DNA of 64,000 nt, taken from contig RHPI01002438.1 in the NCBI GenBank assembly GCA_009103225.1, positions 750,755 to 814,754 of the forward strand, in the 5' to 3' direction. The first letter of the stretch is position 1. Every line of letters starts with the position of its first letter. This document shows positions 13,401 through 24,156 of this stretch, one piece after another. Both the position numbers and the translations under genes were made by a program. The notes below the pieces were generated by a model. That model had not been told where the DNA came from and did not search any database. It saw only the letters and a list, made by a program, of their open reading frames with translations. The stretch comes from Chlorokybus atmophyticus (taxonomy: Eukaryota > Plantae > Mesostigma and Chlorokybus algae).

Positions 13401-13598
13401 GGTCTGGGCCTTGTGCGCACCTTGTGCGCGCACATATTGCGCACTGGAGCTTGTGCGCACCGCACTGGAGCTTGTGCGCACCGCACTTGGAGGGGACGCG
13501 CACAAGCCCTGTGTAATTACAATTACATGTGTAACGACTGTATTTTACATGTGTAATTAATACACATGCGTCTATTACACTGTAATTTGCCAGCTCTA
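10401..13598 (-). mobile_element. hAT DNA transposon, both ends present, with 8-bp target-site duplication
   Basis: Left end TAGAGCTGGCACGTTAC (10401-10417) versus reverse complement of the right end TAGAGCTGGCAAATTAC (13582-13598), 15/17 match. Flanks cgtggttt (10393-10400) and cgtgattt (13599-13606), 7/8 match. TTACAC/TGTAA-rich subterminal repeats at both ends. Confidence 0.92.
10664..13317 (-). pseudogene. Spliced hAT transposase (BED finger, DDE core, dimerisation domain) with an apparent frameshift near 11455
   Basis: BED finger KKKDWVRDAF...GQCKFC...KKHLLNARVC; TLNSDGWSR (D1); IVTDSLSVM (D2); LELACATRF; AAMLHPKY; LLWWDKY...APTAASAERNWS...VYIFFN. Frame changes in a T-run between ATIYAL and ESDSCTLADAY. 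Confidence 0.85.
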
Positions 13599-14409
13599 CG
13601 TGATTTGTCATGTCGCGTGGATTCGCCGGTCCACCGGCAGTGGTAGTCCGGTAGTTGCCACGGGATGCGGCGTGACCGGACCACGCTTGTGTCGGCGTAG
13701 TTCAAGGGCTGTCTTTGCAGATAGCACACGAATGTGGCTTGTCGAAAAACGGAATGTCGGGAGCTACCGCGCGGATACATCGCGGGCATGCATTCAATAG
13801 ATTGCGTACGGATTAAAACTCCAGTCCTGGAGGCTGGTTGTGTCCATGCGGACATGCTGGGCCACCGTCAGCTCTGGCTTGGTGGGGAGGGCGGCGTCGT
13901 TGAGTGCTACAAGAAGTCGCGGCGGCGGCATTCAGAAATGTTGACTAGACTAATGCGATGGCGCTGGAGCCAACCAGCTAAGCAGCGCCGGCCGTGGTAA
14001 TGCCGTAATATATACTGGCCACCAAGCTACCTAAGTCGCAGGTGTGGCCTGGTTTGGCGGGGGCACCAGAGGGGACGGCAACGAGTTAGGAGGTACTCTG
14101 TAACCTCCTAAAGATAACTCAGAGGTCGCCGCCTGCTAGTCTGATCTTTGTTTCAAGCTCAGCGGCGTGGCGGTGTCTGGCCTAGTCTGCTGTGCCATTT
14201 ACACACGTCATTTGTCGCTCCAAAACGTACGGACATTTTGTTATAAATACATTTATCGAGCAACTTCCGTTAACCACTTTCGTCGACAGCATGCGGACTT
14301 TACCGGAACACCACCGATATTGCAGGACTCGTGATCGAGCCAATAATTTGATAGTCTAATCGGGTTCACGCGAGTCATTAATAAACCGAGACTGGGCGCT
14401 ACAAAAAGG

Positions 14410-16320
14410 AGTGCACCGAAGAGTACTCAACCCTACTTTGCGACTACTATCACAAGACGGGTCACTTGGAGTCAGTTTTCCGGAGTTGAGATCTGCCAAC
14501 AGCTACAGCAACAAGTGCTTTAATGGCTACAACAGCAACAACACTGGAGGCTACAACAGCAACAACCCTGGAGGCTACAACAGCAACAATACTGGAGGCC
14601 ACAACAGTAACAGCGCTCGTAGCAACAACAACAACAACGCCGGTGCTCGCAAGGAAGAGGCTACAGGGGCAAGAATCATCCTCCTCAGCGCAAAGACAAG
14701 ATGGACGTCCGCGCGCTGCTGCTGTTGCCGCTAAGGCTCCAGCCAACCCATCAGCTGATGATTATATGGCTGCCCTCATGGCACATATGACATACCTGAA
14801 AGAAGACAAGGAGCAGGACTATTGCGCCTGCTACTCTGCCCGATGGGCACTGATGGCTCCAAAGCGTGTAAGGGACACGAGCACTCCGTCACGCATTCAA
14901 CCATCCCGACGAGCACGAGGGGAAGCCGCAACATTGTCAGCAACTACATCCTCTGAAGCCACCAGTTGTGCTACATCGGCAGCAACAGCCACACCGGCTA
15001 CGACGTCGACTCCGTTAATGTCAACAGCAACTACTTCAATCGCACCAAGAGTTGGTACACCAGTGGGCACTGTGACGCCAACACTGGTGAGGACGATGGC
15101 AACAGCCACTGCTGTGACCGCCTCTGCAGCAGTAGATCACATCGGTCCTGCTCCAGCTATAGGAGCACCTGTGTCAGCGAGTGTTGAGACCACTCTCGCG
15201 CCATTGACCGGCATTATCGCAACCACTACCAGTGCCATCATCGAGTCCGCTGCTACTGCAGTGACGCGCGCAGCTACGTTGTTCGCCCTCGTTGTCACCC
15301 AGGCTGTTTCGCGATGTCAGCAAGCTGAGCACGCATGGGAGACCATCATGCGTAGAGCAGACCCCACTACCATTATTTGAGGAGGAGAGCGCACCACGTG
15401 CGTTAAACGCAGTAACCGCGCTTTCCCCCTGCCTGAATATCACACCCTGCCACAGCAGACCCAGTGACAACTGGAGGATGAGATCCTCGCCGACACGGCG
15501 CCTCCCATACAAAACTGCGTCTTTGTGGCCATCTACGGAACACTTGTTGTGCTGGGTTTGGCCCTGCAGCTGTTCTGAACTCGGCATGACAATATGCAGA
15601 CCGCGCCACGCTAGCCCGCACAAGTCCGTCACGAGCCTTTCGACCCAAGTTTGCTGGACACGTATCAAGACTGGCGACCTAACGTGCAGCAGCACGTCAG
15701 CGATGAAGCTGACATGCCTTTGGGTACCGACAAAGCACTGAGGCCCTTACTACTCCTCCGTTTCACGAGCGCTACGCCGCTCTCGAACAAGCATTCACCT
15801 GGCGGCAAGACGAAACTGCAGCCATCAACGTACGAGCGCAAGCCTTTCCGCTGCTCGTGCTTCCGTTCCTCAACCAACAATTGCTGGCCTATTGTCCAGC
15901 ACGACACCTCTCGCTGTCGAGACCATCATTGACCAGGCGAGGGCGCTGGCCCAACAAACTAGGGGGTGATTGCCGCGCTGCTACCCGCCTTGGTGGAAGA
16001 TTTGCCTGACGATCAACGAGATCCAGGGAGAGGCTACCTTACACCACAAGGGTGAACACAATGGGATAGAGCACGCATAGTTGGAAAACATCAAGTTCGC
16101 ACTGCCCTGTTGCGACAAGCAACCATGCTACATCGACAAGAAGGCATCAGCCTGAGACAGATGATGGGGATGCGATAAGGTGGCAATGCAACGCCAGCAA
16201 GGCTAGTGACTTGGCTAGTCACCAATCACCCCGCAGTCCGTTTGTTCGAATTTGGCATTGAATTGTCACGGTTGGACGCCTTCTTTCGCTCGCTACGGCA
16301 AGCGTATGACAAGGTGGCCT
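14410..16320 (+). pseudogene. Degenerate gag-like/retroelement ORF relic
   Basis: CDYYHKTGHLESVF at ~14438-14479 resembles a decayed CX2CX4HX4C knuckle. It is followed by GGYNSNN repeats, a Thr/Ala-rich ORF and stop-interrupted coding-like sequence including EILADTAPP (possible decayed protease DTG motif). Confidence 0.35.
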
Positions 16321-16321
16321 C

Positions 16322-18785
16322 GGTTTTCATCATCTTCCAACGTGCATCGAAACGGTCCAGGACGGCTTCCAGCATCGTCGTTGGTAGCACCGCAGCTTGC
16401 AGGGTCTCGCGGGCGCTGCTCATGCGCTGGTACAGCTTGCCTACATGCACACAATGATGTCAACGTTGTGTACTTATGCATACACAATTGCAGAATGTGT
16501 AATGTACTCACCCGTGGTTGGGTGATTGCCGTCGGTCAGGCGCAGCACTTTGATTAGCGGCTCAAGAGCTGCAATAATCTGCCCAACTTGCTTCCAAAAA
16601 TGTGAGGACAAAGCTATCTCTCTAGCTAACTCAGCTCCTCGCCGATGTTCGCCGTGCTGTGCTGCCCATGATGACCATGCGTCGTCGACCACAGTCTTTG
16701 CCAAGTCGGTCTTCACCTCTAGAAGCCGTTGCAGCATGATGAAGGCGGAAGCGAAGCGCGTCTCACCAGGCTTGAGCAGCGTCTTTGTTGTCTTAGACCT
16801 GCACATCAACATGCAAACAAGTAAGTCAAACAAAACACTCAATTACACAAGCAGACGGGCTGCCTCAAGCTACATACAACTCACCTGAATATGGCCAGAC
16901 TCTTGTGATGGTTTGAGATGAAGTTGACAAGGAAATTTCCTTTCTTGATGCTTGTTGCGAAAAAGGGCATCTTGCCGATGTCTTCAAGCAGCAAGTCTAG
17001 GACATGAGCTGCGCAAGGGCTCCAGCTCACATGCTTGTACTGCCTTGTGATGATGGCGCCAGCCGAGACACATGCACTGGCACTATCAGTGACGACTTGC
17101 ACGACAGTTTCTGCACCCACCTGCACAAACAAACACATTAGGAGACGCACATGCAGCCCTAACTTACACACGCACACACATGCAGCAAAAACACACACGC
17201 ACACGCATGCAGCAACAACACCAGTGCACACATGCAGCAAAATGCAGCCAGTACACACACACACATGCAGCCCTAACATACACCCACACACGTGCAGCAA
17301 AATGCAGCCAATGACACACACCCATGCAGCAACATACACCCACACACGTGCAGCAAAATGCAGCCAATAGACACACACATGCAGCCCTAACATACACATA
17401 CGCGTGCAGAAAAATGCAGCAAAAACACACACACATGCACCCCTCTCGCACACATACGCGTGCAGAAAAATGCAACAAACACACACACACACATGCAGCC
17501 CTAACACACACATACACGTGCAGAAAAATGCAGCAAACACACACACACACATGCAGCCCCAACACACGCATACGCGTGCAGAAAAATGCAGCAAAAACAC
17601 ACACACAAATAGCAAAAACACACGCGCATGCATTAGGACTGGACGGATTAACTCACCAACTCAATGGCGTTGGCAATCTGCCTGGCTATGTACGCTGCCG
17701 ACTTAGTTTCTCCGTCGGTGTTGACGGCGTCCAAGAACACAGCTCCATCAGGCGACACTTGCAACAAATTCAGCAATGGCCTACTATTCACATCAGTCCA
17801 TCCACCACTAGTTATTGTACAGCCAGTCTTGCGCACATTGTTCCTAATTTCTATCAGCTTGTCATCAACGTCAGTCTTCACCCTCTTAAGCAAGGTTGTG
17901 CGCAGTGCATTGTACGACGGTACTGTGTAAGAAGGTCCAAATCTAGCAACAGCCCGCATCGCAAACTTGAACAAGGGACTGCGCACTAGAGTGAAAGGCA
18001 GGCCTTGCCCATAAAACATGCGTGCTACATCCTCATCAGTGCGCACTTTACTGGCACGGTCGAATGCCTGAATGATGCGTGGAGTTTTTGTGGTTTCAGT
18101 GGTGAGGTCGACGGTGGCACTCTGTTGATTGAAAACATCACCAATGGTGCGCTTTTTCTTTGTTGCTTGCAGGACAGCAACTTAAGCTTCTTCAACCTTC
18201 AAGAAATGAGCACGCACATCTTCTAGTACGGTCATGCATGCAGCCACACCGAAACCTATCTTGCCAGTCAGGTGCGCACGAATCCTGATGACACCTTCTT
18301 GAAACTTCTTCTTGCAGTAGACACATTCGACCTTGGACTGATTTGTTGTCTTGCTGCTTGACTCGCCTAACTCTTTGACATGACGCCACTCATCTGCTTG
18401 TCTCTTGCCCGAGGCCATGTCCTGCAGCAGGACCATTGCCTTAGGCAAGAGACAAGCAACCAACAACCAACACACCCACACATGTGAGAGAAGGTTGCAT
18501 TTGTAACAAGACACGCTAAACTGAAGCGCCTCTCACGCCGCTGACGCCGCCCACATCTCGCCCCTGCTCCTGCCGCCTGCCCTTGCCCTGCCACCGCCGC
18601 CAGAACAGAGCAGAGCCGCCGCCAGAACAGACTAGAGGCCTGCTGCACGCGCGAGGGTTTCACGAAAATTTTCTAAGGCCAAAAACCCTAATAAATACGC
18701 CAAATACGCGTACCAAATACTGCTGGCTGTTGGTACGCATATAATACGGTATCAGAATCCTCTGATGCCGTATTGTGCTACTATG
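16322..18785 (-). mobile_element. Second hAT element (DUF659-type transposase), 3'-truncated and inactive
   Basis: BED finger VECVYCKKKF...RIRAHLTG...AAC; VARMFYGQGLPF...CTITSGGWTD...PLLNLL; VVQVVTDSAS...WSPCAAHVLDLLLEDIG; KPGETRF; PLIKVLRLTDG. Homology stops after RFDARWKMMKT with no dimerisation domain. Putative terminus CATAGTAGCACAATACGGC (reverse complement, ending 18785) with clustered AATACG subterminal motifs; no matching opposite end found. Confidence 0.85.
17130..17635. repeat. Imperfect CA/TGCA-rich minisatellite filling an intron of the second hAT transposase
   Basis: Recurrent units such as cacacacacatgcagccctaacatacac and acgtgcagaaaaatgcagcaaa lie between the exons ending ...IANAIEL and starting VGAETVVQ. 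Confidence 0.85.
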
Positions 18786-18786
18786 G

Positions 18787-19001
18787 TCTTACCCAGGTTC
18801 ATACGCCTTCCGCGACAAAGGTGACGGCATTCCGGTGTTGGATTCCAACACATGCCGGCTGGAGGAACCCAACGCTCGTGAGCGCGAGCGCGTCATGAGA
18901 TTTTGTGTTTAGGCTGTATTACAGGTTCCATGCTGACCGACAATCAGCAGTGTCAGTTGTTGGGGCGCGCCATGAACCAGAACAGCATAATGTGGTTATT
19001 G
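18787..19001 (+). pseudogene. C-terminal remnant of a retrotransposon-borne C5 cytosine DNA methyltransferase
   Basis: SYPGSYAFRDKGDGIPVLDSNTCRLEEPNARERERVMRF, one frameshift, then LGCITGSMLTDNQQCQLLGRAMNQNSIMWLL. This matches the E-R-x-MGF...T...R...LG-x-AM pattern of DNMT motifs IX/X as I recall it from streptophyte gypsy-DNMT elements. Motifs I, IV (PC) and VI (ENV) are not present. Confidence 0.75.
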
Positions 19002-19364
19002 GAGCCGTGCTTTGCTCTCCAGGACCGCCATATGTCCTTTCAGGAGCTCGAACACCTGGGGGGTGATTTTATCGCGTTCGAGAGATCGAAGCAGCACACA
19101 TCGCCCTCGAGATCGCCCACATGGAAGAGCAGGCAGCAGTTACTGTGGAGAACGTTCCAGTGGTCGCCAAAATTACCTCCTGGTCCCATGCCATCGGACC
19201 ACTGGCTACAAGCCAGACACGAGAACAACTCGAGGCTCTCCTCAACAAATGGAAGAGCCAGTTCGGCTCCAGCGAAGGAGCCGGGCAGCTGCTCAGTTTA
19301 CCAGTTGAACATCGAGTTGTTGGATACTAAACCGGTGTTCCGATGACAGTACAGACTCTCCAAG

Positions 19365-22201
19365 TTGGAAGAATACTTGGTGCAGCATAGGTGCAAGGCT
19401 CCATTAGATGCAGGCCTAATTGAGGAGTCCACATCGGACTTTGCGGCCGCGACCGTCATGCCCCTAAAGAAGGACTCAGCAGGCAACTGGACAGACCGGC
19501 ATATGTGCGGTGACTACCGCCCCCTCAACAACAAGACCAAGCAAGACAGGTATCCAATGCCTATTGCAAAAGGTATCAATGATGTAGGCGACTGTACAGT
19601 CTTCAGTATCCTGGACATGCGCTAAGAGTACAATCAGGTCGCCGTCAAGGATTATGGAGGAGGACAAGTACAAGACCTCCTTCTAGGGCAACCAACAGCT
19701 GTACCAGTGGAAGGTCATGCCTTTTGCACTGAAGAATGCTCCTGCCAAGTTCCATCGCGTCATGGACAAAGCCTTCAAGACATTGGACTTTGCACGCTGC
19801 TACATCAACGACATCCTCATCTTCAGTCGCAGCAATGAGGAGCATCTCAGGCAAATCGAGGAGATGCTTCAGCGACTGAAGAAAGTAGGGATGACGGTGC
19901 ACCGCGACAAGTGCACCTTTTTTACCCACAAAGTACCCTACTTAGGGCACATAATTGTGCCCCACGTGTGTATGTACAGCAGGCCAAGGTGGAGGCATTG
20001 GTGGCTATCCTTGCCCCACCGATCTCACGCGACTGCATGCGTTTCTTGGCCTTGCCAACTATTACAGACGGTTCGTCCAAGACTTCGTGAGGATTGCGCG
20101 CCACTCAACGAGCTGCTCAGGAAGAACACGGAGTTTCTGTGGAAGGAGGCACAACAAGAGGCCTTCGAGGAGCTGAAGCTCCAACTCACCACAGCTCCCT
20201 TCTTCAGCGACCTGACTACAACATGTCGTTCATCCTGCACACACATTGGAGCAAGCTCGGCATGGGAAGAGTGCTCGTGCAGCACGATACCAACAACATA
20301 GAGCGCGTAGTGTCGTATGCCAGCCGCAGCACCAACAGCGCTAAGGCCAACTACAGCAGCTGCGAAGGGGAGTGTCTCGCCGCAGTATGGACCATCTCCT
20401 TCTTCCGCCCCTTTCTGTTTGAACGGCATTTTCAGCTGATCACCGACCACTTACCACTGTAATGGCTGATGACCAACCAGCACCTGACAGGCAAGCTGGC
20501 ACGGTGGGCACTACTGCTGCAGGAACATAACATTAAGGTGGAGCATCGGGCAGGCCTGTCCAACCTGGACGCAGACGGCTTTAGCTGCAACCCCCACTTC
20601 AGCACCAACAATGGCGACATGAGCCTGACACGAGTTGGGTCCTGCAGCCGCACCTCCACGTGTAGCGGCCATAATCAATGTGCTGCGTTACGTTTAAGAC
20701 GCAAGACCCAGGCCACTGAGGCAGCAGTAGACAAGGACGTGCCTTCTCTCGGGCCCATCGTTAATCGTTACAGACCTCTTATCAGAAGAAGCGCTCGCCA
20801 CCGACCCTGAGGTGAACGATGAGGAGCTGGCACCCACCGACACGCGATCGGACATCTGGCTTGGCAAGCCATCCCTCGCACTGCTTCGCACTGAACAATT
20901 TTCAACATGCGTGAGCCCGCATGAGAAGGACGGCATCAATCAACGCACTCAGCGCTATCGTTGGGCTGACGACAAGCTGTATCGACGAATACAGAATGAG
21001 GACAAGGAGGTCCCAATACCAGCGCGCGAAAAGGCATCATTGCTGCCTTGCACACCAAGCTTGGACACTTCGGTGTCAAGCGCACGGTTAGCTTGGTCAG
21101 GACTCAGTATTGGTGGTATGGGGTGCACAAACAGGTGCGCGAGTTAATCAGCAACTGCCAGCAGTGTGACATGGTCCGCGCGAGCCTCAACACGCGCAAC
21201 GCCACCTTGCATCCCCTCCCCATCTCGGGACTATTCTACCGCTAGGGATTGGACATCCTCGGAGACTTATCGCCCGCGGCACGAGACAACCGCTACATCC
21301 TCGTCATGATCGAGCATTTTTACAAGTGGGTGGAGCTGGTGCCCCTGCCCGACATGAGCAGTGAGTTAGTAGCCCAGGCTTTCCTCTCCCATGTACTCGG
21401 ACGCTTGAGTAGCTGTGCTGAAGTCATCACCGATGAAGGTACGGAGTTCAAAGATGCCTTCGACAAGCTCATGGACAGATGCCTCATCGACCATTGCCGT
21501 ACTTCACGCGACCATCCACAAGCTGATGGTCTCGCTAAGCGTACCGTGCAGACCATCAAGAAGGCTTTGCGCAAGTACGTCCGCAACTATGAGAAGAGCA
21601 CATGGGATGACCACCTTTCATGGGTAACACTGGGGTACCGGCTGTCGAAGCAGGCAGCACTGCGGGAGTACAACCCATACTATTTGCTGTTTGAAAGGCA
21701 GCCATTGCGCCCTTTCTGCGCACAGCGGCAGAAAGCTCAGCACCGCGACACGCTTCGCTACAAGTGTGTGCGCAGCGGTTTCTACAAGGAGCGAGAACGC
21801 CGCTTCCAGCCAGGACACTTCGTCTACCGCATGGCAACCACACCGACACCCTTGACACCTCCGTTGGGCGCGCTGTCTATAAGGTATGGAAGGTGTATCC
21901 CACAGGAGTACTGGACCTTCTGGGACAACAAGGCGAGCGCATGATGGACAACATGGTGAATTGCGCACCCTGTCATCTTCCCCACGTTGCTGGCTTCGGC
22001 AAGATACAGCACGCGCGACCGCTGCAAAGCACCCTTTGCGAGAAATGTGGCAGTGCCGACAATGACCCGCTGATGTTGTTATGCGAAGGCTGCAACCAAA
22101 GCATGCACTGTTACTGCCTTGACCCTTCATTGGACACGGTGCCGCTGTGGGAGTATTGGTGCGATGACTGCCGCATTGATGGTCCCCCACACAGTCGGTA
22201 G
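19365..22201 (+). pseudogene. Gypsy pol: reverse transcriptase, RNase H, integrase and C-terminal PHD finger (disrupted)
   Basis: RT: KKDSAGNWTDRHMCGDYRPLN, MPFALKNAPAKFHR, YINDILIFS (YIDD decayed). RH: VVSYASRS...NYSSCEGECLAAVW...ITDH...KLARWALLLQE. INT: H-x3-GH...YWW...C-x2-C zinc finger, then VITDEGTEF...HPQADGLAKRTVQTIKKAL. Confidence 0.93.
22037..22171 (+). other. PHD finger (C4HC3) encoded after integrase
   Basis: CEKC-GSADNDPLMLL-CEGC-NQSM-HCYC-LDPSLDTVPLWEYW-CDDC: complete ligand spacing including the conserved W before the last CxxC. Confidence 0.92.
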
Positions 22202-22251
22202 AAGCTGAGTCCTGGAGCAGGAGGCTACCCCAGAACCTCAGGGGGGTGGTT

Positions 22252-23045
22252 TGTTGACTGTGTGTACTACAGCACAGTAGGTACGATAAGGAGGAGAGCG
22301 TCACCAGCTCTACTGATCACATGGGTTCATCCCTGAGCCTATGCCTATGTCTGGGGGGTTGTCTTTGTTTGTGTTGCTCTAATGCTGCGCGTAGCACCAG
22401 CCCACGGCATGAGCGCTCGTCTGCAATGTGCTCGAGACGGCATGACCCTCAACCATGGCAGGCACGACAGCTGTCATGCCAAATACCCTCGCATGCCAGT
22501 CCTCCTCGAGCATGCCTACATCCAGCCCCAAGCCCGGGTTACCAGCATGAAGACCGCGCGCCCCCCAGCCTGCTGCTAGCTACTTCATACTTAATGTAGC
22601 ATGTAGCTAGGGCTACTCTATAAACCTCTTTGCAGAAACCGCGCGGAGCTGATCAGTTAGAAATCTGTTATCAGCTCATGCGCTATATCGAGTTGTAGGG
22701 GACTTCCGTAGTATCATAAGGCCTCGATGTGACCGTTGGCATAGTGCCCGTGTGGCAATGCACAGTCATGATTTGACATGTATAAGTAGGAAGTCACGTC
22801 ACTAGACTTGCTGGTGACACTGTGAGTGAGTACTAAGAGTAAAGACTTGGACTTTAAGAGCTTGTGAAGCGACTTGAACTGGAAGCACACCGTCGCGGTT
22901 GCCAAGAACTGCTTTACTGCGTGAGACACGGTGTATGCTCTTGTGCGCTGTGCTTGTCATTGCTATGAGCTTGGCGGTGGTGTATTTGCTGCATCAATCA
23001 GAACATAGCATCTCTAAGTTGCTTGTTTATTCACCTCACTTAACA
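22252..23045 (+). repeat. Putative 3' LTR
   Basis: Starts TGTTGA just after the PPT. A candidate end TTAACA gives a 5/6 terminal inverted repeat; the end position is inferred. Confidence 0.65.
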
Positions 23046-23107
23046 ATGTAACACATCATCCACTCATGCAAAGAACTGAATATACAGCACTACCTATCGT
23101 AGTGGCT

Positions 23108-23338
23108 TGTTGACGGTGTGTACTACAGCATAGTAGGTACAGCAAGGAGGAGAGCATCACCAGCTCTACTACTGATCAGATCCTCATATAGGTTCATCCT
23201 TGAGCCTACGCATATGTCTGGGGTTGTCTTTGTTTGTGTTGCTCTGATGCTGCGCGTAGCACGAGCATGCCCACGGCATAGGCGCTCGTTTGCAGCGTGC
23301 CCGAGACGGCGTGACCCTCGACCATGGCAGGCACGACA
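23108..23338 (+). repeat. Diverged direct copy of the first ~220 bp of the LTR
   Basis: tgttgacggtgtgtactacagcatagtaggtac...ccatggcaggcacgaca aligns with 22252-22469 with scattered substitutions and small indels. Confidence 0.9.
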
Positions 23339-23673
23339 CCTCCGCCACTGATCTGCAACCTTCAATGCATGAAAAATGTATGTGTAACGCTTGATGTACG
23401 CGTCGGACATACCAACGCATGGCATACACACAGTACGCAACTATTAATCTCAATCTACACAACATGGAATTCGACAATTCAATGTTTACGTTATCGACAT
23501 ATTACATTACGCATCACGTCATTTAGGATATGCTCATAGTATGCTGATTGCACTTGGTCATTGGTATCCAACGTAACTCGTTAGGACACCTACAAGAAAC
23601 CCTCCCCCGCTTGCAATACCCTCGCTCTTTTCAGTATAGTTTACCTTAGGGAAATCGAGGGAATTGTATACAA

Positions 23674-23815
<142 letters not shown>

Positions 23816-24101
23816 TATACTACAGTATGGATTGGGAGACACGGTATCTTTGATACAATCTGATGCAGCATGCAATATCATGCATGGTACTAGTGTTGTG
23901 TACGTGTATGTTGCTTACCTAAGAAGTCTTGTTTTTATTCCGCATGAGTCGGGTTGGGTGACACTTGTTACAAAGTTCTGCCTATGCATTGCACACAAGG
24001 CCAAATTGACTTGATGAGATTGCACCATATAGGCCGATTTTAAGTGACATGTTTGTTTTGATTGATTCAAGTGACATGTCACTCCGAACACCAACGACAT
24101 T

Positions 24102-24116
24102 TATGCACATAGCCAT

Positions 24117-24148
<32 letters not shown>

Positions 24149-24156
24149 TAGCCATT
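24102..24156. repeat. (TA)n microsatellite flanked by a 16-bp direct repeat
   Basis: tatgcacatagccatt at 24102-24117 and 24141-24156 brackets the (TA)n run. Confidence 0.9.

Larger units (their letters stand above)
18786..23045 (+). mobile_element. Ty3/gypsy LTR retrotransposon remnant (DNMT fragment-RT-RNaseH-integrase-PHD-PPT-3' LTR), 5' part missing
   Basis: Domain order RT-RH-INT; G-rich PPT agggggg at 22240-22246; putative LTR TGTTGA...TTAACA at 22252-23045. Multiple stops and frameshifts. Confidence 0.92.

Noticed and set aside
13420-13490. 21-bp direct repeats (gcactggagcttgtgcgcacc) as a CRISPR-like array
   Set aside because: Adjacent tandem copies without spacers, inside the hAT 5' region, in a eukaryotic context with no cas genes.
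16881-17633. 250-aa Cys/Val/His-rich ORF suggesting a metallothionein-like protein
   Set aside because: The Cys/Val part is translation of the (TG)-rich intron minisatellite; only the last ~85 aa are transposase exon.
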